Shown: positions 60,698 to 64,000 of the stretch, one piece after another
Position numbering within the stretch: position 1 is the stretch's first letter
How the letters are laid out: each line of letters starts with the position of its first letter
Source of the DNA: the human T2T-CHM13v2.0 reference genome, Homo sapiens
Assembly: GCF_009914755.1 (NCBI RefSeq)
Contig: NC_060932.1
Strand: one strand, 5' to 3'
DNA: 64,000 bases
Translations under genes and position numbers: made by a program
The notes under the pieces: model-generated
Databases searched by the model: none
Told to the model about the DNA's origin: nothing
The model's input: only the letters and a program-made list of their open reading frames with translations

Positions 60698-61112
60698 CAC
60701 TGACATCCTTTCCTTTGATAATATTTTTCCCTTGAAATGTCTCCTAAATTTATAAAAATTTTATACTTCCTATAGGGTTATCTTGTGGATATTTATAGTT
60801 CATCAATGAATAGTCCTTTCTTTATGATTTCAAGCAGTACATAAAATGATAAAAAATATTGAGGCAGAAATCCATGTGGAGATAAAATGTACATAATATA
60901 GTTTGGCAACTAATTCATTTTTTTATCTTAATGATTATGTATTAGTTCCCGAATTATGATTTTCTATCAAAGTAATAATTCTATTGTTTCAGCCTTAGGC
61001 TATATCTGCAAACTGCCAGCATTAATGATCAACTCAGTAGGAAAGGCAAATAAATTATTTTTTTAAAAAAAACAGCCGGAATAAAAGTTGTCTGACTGAA
61101 TATCCAACTTTC

Positions 61113-61152
61113 CAGAAGAGATCAGCGTGTTCATGGTGGTATGGCCATAGAC
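61113..61152 (-). pseudogene. 5S rRNA 5' fragment (retropseudogene)
   Basis: Minus strand GTCTATGGCCATACCACCATGAACACGCTGATCTCTTCTG versus the human 5S start GTCTACGGCCATACCACCCTGAACGCGCCCGATCTCGTCTG. Confidence 0.85.
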
Positions 61153-62330
61153 TGAACCCCTGACTTTTCAACTGGTTATGTTGGATTGCGTATCAGTTCT
61201 GGATGGCAGTGGATCACTATGGAGAAACTAATTAGATACCATCTAATTGGCTGATAAGTGCTCAAATTAAGCAACTCAAACATTTTATGATAAATTTCTG
61301 ACTAGATCCCATGTGCTTTAAATGTCTTTGAACACAATCACAGTTGATTTACTATATACTATATTTTTCATGGAATATAAGCTTTAAGTATCAAATATTT
61401 AGCTACTTGTATATTAAAAAGGTGAAATGCTAAGTCATACATTATGTAATGGGCAAAGCACATGTCCAGCCTCACATTTTCATATAATTTTTGCAAACTT
61501 AATTTAGTAGATTATTGGTCTTGTGAAATACTCATGGAATTAGTCTGACAAAGTTATATGAGGCAGAATGTGTTATAATGAGACTGTAGTCATAGCAGAT
61601 AAAAGGATGTAATCATTATAGATAAATAGCCATTTTCTTATTAATAATGGAATACAACCAATTGAGGATTAAAACAAAAATAAAGAAGAGAAACACCTCT
61701 GTGAAACCTTCTGAATGTCCTTTCAAAAAGTTAAGTTTATGAATACAGAGCCCAGAACAAAGGATCCTATACAATGAAATCAAATTGAGACTATACATAA
61801 ATTATTCCACAGCAGTAAAAGCTATGAACTTAATGATCTGGAATAGTCACTTAAAACTGTAAGATTCTAGAATAGACACAGTTTTGAAACAACAGTATAA
61901 ATGAATGAGTAATGTGATCCAAAGCGTGAAGATACTGAATGCCAATTTTAGAAAGAGTCACAGCAGGTTGAATAGATTAAACATTTTGTATAGGAAAAAA
62001 ATCTATTGACGTCTCAAAATTACATGCACTAGAGTATGAACAGCTGGTTCTCCTTTATTGGTTTTCATGCAGAAATGATTATTTTCCAGTGGGTAATTAC
62101 TGACTGATTTATTTCCTATATCCATTTGCTCACATTTTAATGTCCCTGAATACTTAGAAGAGGTCATCTTTTGCAAGGAAATGTGTTTGAAATGCTAAAG
62201 TTACTGTGATTATAAAATTTCTAAATTTTAATACCTTTTCAATCATTGGTTAAATATATATTACATTCACTTTTTTCCAGGACAAATTAAACAGTAGCAA
62301 ATGAAATAGGAACTCTCAGATAATACCAAC

Positions 62331-62476
62331 CGTGATAACTGAGCACAAAAAAGCCACTTGTTGTGAAATCACTGTGGAATTTGATTAGAATCTGATTTGA
62401 AGTACTGTAGACTGATTCCAAAGCGGTATTGCCACTGAACTGACCGATCTGAGGTGAATTTTGGTCTGGTCCATCC
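62331..62476 (-). CDS. CSMD3: CSMD3 coding exon, second half of the penultimate CUB domain (DGPDQNSPQIGQFSG...HSDFTTSGFFVLSYH)
   Basis: catag|G acceptor, G|gttggt donor; 146 nt, phase 2-1. Confidence 0.96.
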
Positions 62477-62913
62477 CTATGAGACAAGGATTGGGAAAGG
62501 AGGAGAGATCAAGATTGATTGTGGAAGTAGTTTTGAACCGTATTTAATAAAAGTATTGCATATATTTATATTCTAACGTATCAATAATAAAGATGCAGGA
62601 AGCTAACCAATGAGTACAAATTATATATTCTATATCTATGTAGGTGACCACATATTTTTAAATGTCAAGTATAAAAATAGATTACATTTTTACTAAATGG
62701 AATGTACTCATATTAGTTATAATCAATACATTGTCTTTGTTTTTTTTTTTTTTTACCAAAACTCTGATGCTTTTAAATGCTTGAGGTTTGCCCCTCTTTT
62801 ATTTTCTTCAGCAACAGTCTTGAGAATCACAGACTGTTAAAGTTACAACTCTTAGAACTCAGATAAATTATCAGTAGTTAATTATTAATTCAGATACTTT
62901 CTTTAATACATTT

Positions 62914-63211
62914 TTATTTATTTATTTATTTAGAGCCAGGGCCTCACTCCGTTGCCCATGCTGGAGTGCAGTAGGATGATCACAGCTCACTGCACCTTTG
63001 ACCTCCCAGGCTCAAGGGATCCTCTCATCTCAGCCTCCTGAATAGCTGGGACCACAGGCGCATGCCACCATGTCTGGCTAATTTTTTATTTTTTCTAGAG
63101 AGAGTCTCACTATGTTGCCCAGGCTGGTATTGAATTCTTGGGATGAAGTGATGCTCCCACTGTGGCCTCCCAAAGTGCTGGGATTGCAGATGTTAGCCAC
63201 TGCACCTGGCC
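62914..63211 (-). mobile_element. AluJ SINE
   Basis: Reverse dimer; TSD TTAATA(C/T)ATTTTT. Confidence 0.9.
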
Positions 63212-63652
63212 TTAATATATTTTTAAATAAAGATGTTTCAATTGACAAGACTTTAATACAATTAAATTTTTATGGCAGAAATCCACTAGTTATATTAAAT
63301 AATTATAATTTCTTAAATTCCACTGGCTTTTGTAAGTAGAGAACTTCCATACCTTAAACTTAAGTCTGTTAACTTCCTGTTTTAGCACATTAATTTAATA
63401 ATATTTTTTAATCTTGTTTTCACCTATGAAGTCTTTGTTCCACAATGCTTACCTAGTTCATGGGGCAAATAAGCCAAAACCTATTTCTCTTGTGTATGTA
63501 ATTCTACAAGACACATACTGTCACCCTCAGTTACTCACATCAATTCAAATATCAGATGACAATTTGTAACAGAGGATTGTGATATATTTTTATTCCAACC
63601 TTGTTTTACTGTGTATATAATTGAATAAATCAATAACAATAGTCCTGACTTA

Positions 63653-63922
<270 letters not shown>

Positions 63923-64000
63923 TTATGAAACACATTTATGCCTTGTTTTTACTTCAGTTGAGGTATGTATAATGAAGTTGGCAACAGTGCACAAAATAGA

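Overview
Human (primate) AT-rich genomic DNA lying entirely within the minus-strand gene CSMD3 (CUB and Sushi multiple domains 3). I traced 16 consecutive coding exons with GT-AG boundaries, from 63831 down to 8176. They splice into one open frame of 2667 nt (889 codons) encoding CUB-Sushi-CUB followed by ten tandem Sushi/CCP modules; several of these exons are absent from the ORF track. The rest is intronic: many Alus, L1/L2/MIR fragments, a MER44 DNA transposon, LTRs, microsatellites and a nested cluster at about 1.1-7.5 kb (a decayed ERVL-class provirus with protease and RT remnants, interrupted by a full THE1 element that itself contains an Alu). I see no new multi-gene system. The best leads are an in-phase candidate cryptic alternative-last or poison exon (27570-27762), an in-frame intron read-through after the first tandem Sushi exon, an inverted duplication inside THE1-int, DUX4 motifs in sense-oriented THE1 LTRs, Alu-bracketed symmetric exons and a tailless 5S rRNA fragment. 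Repeat subfamily names and domain numbering are from recognition, not from database searches.
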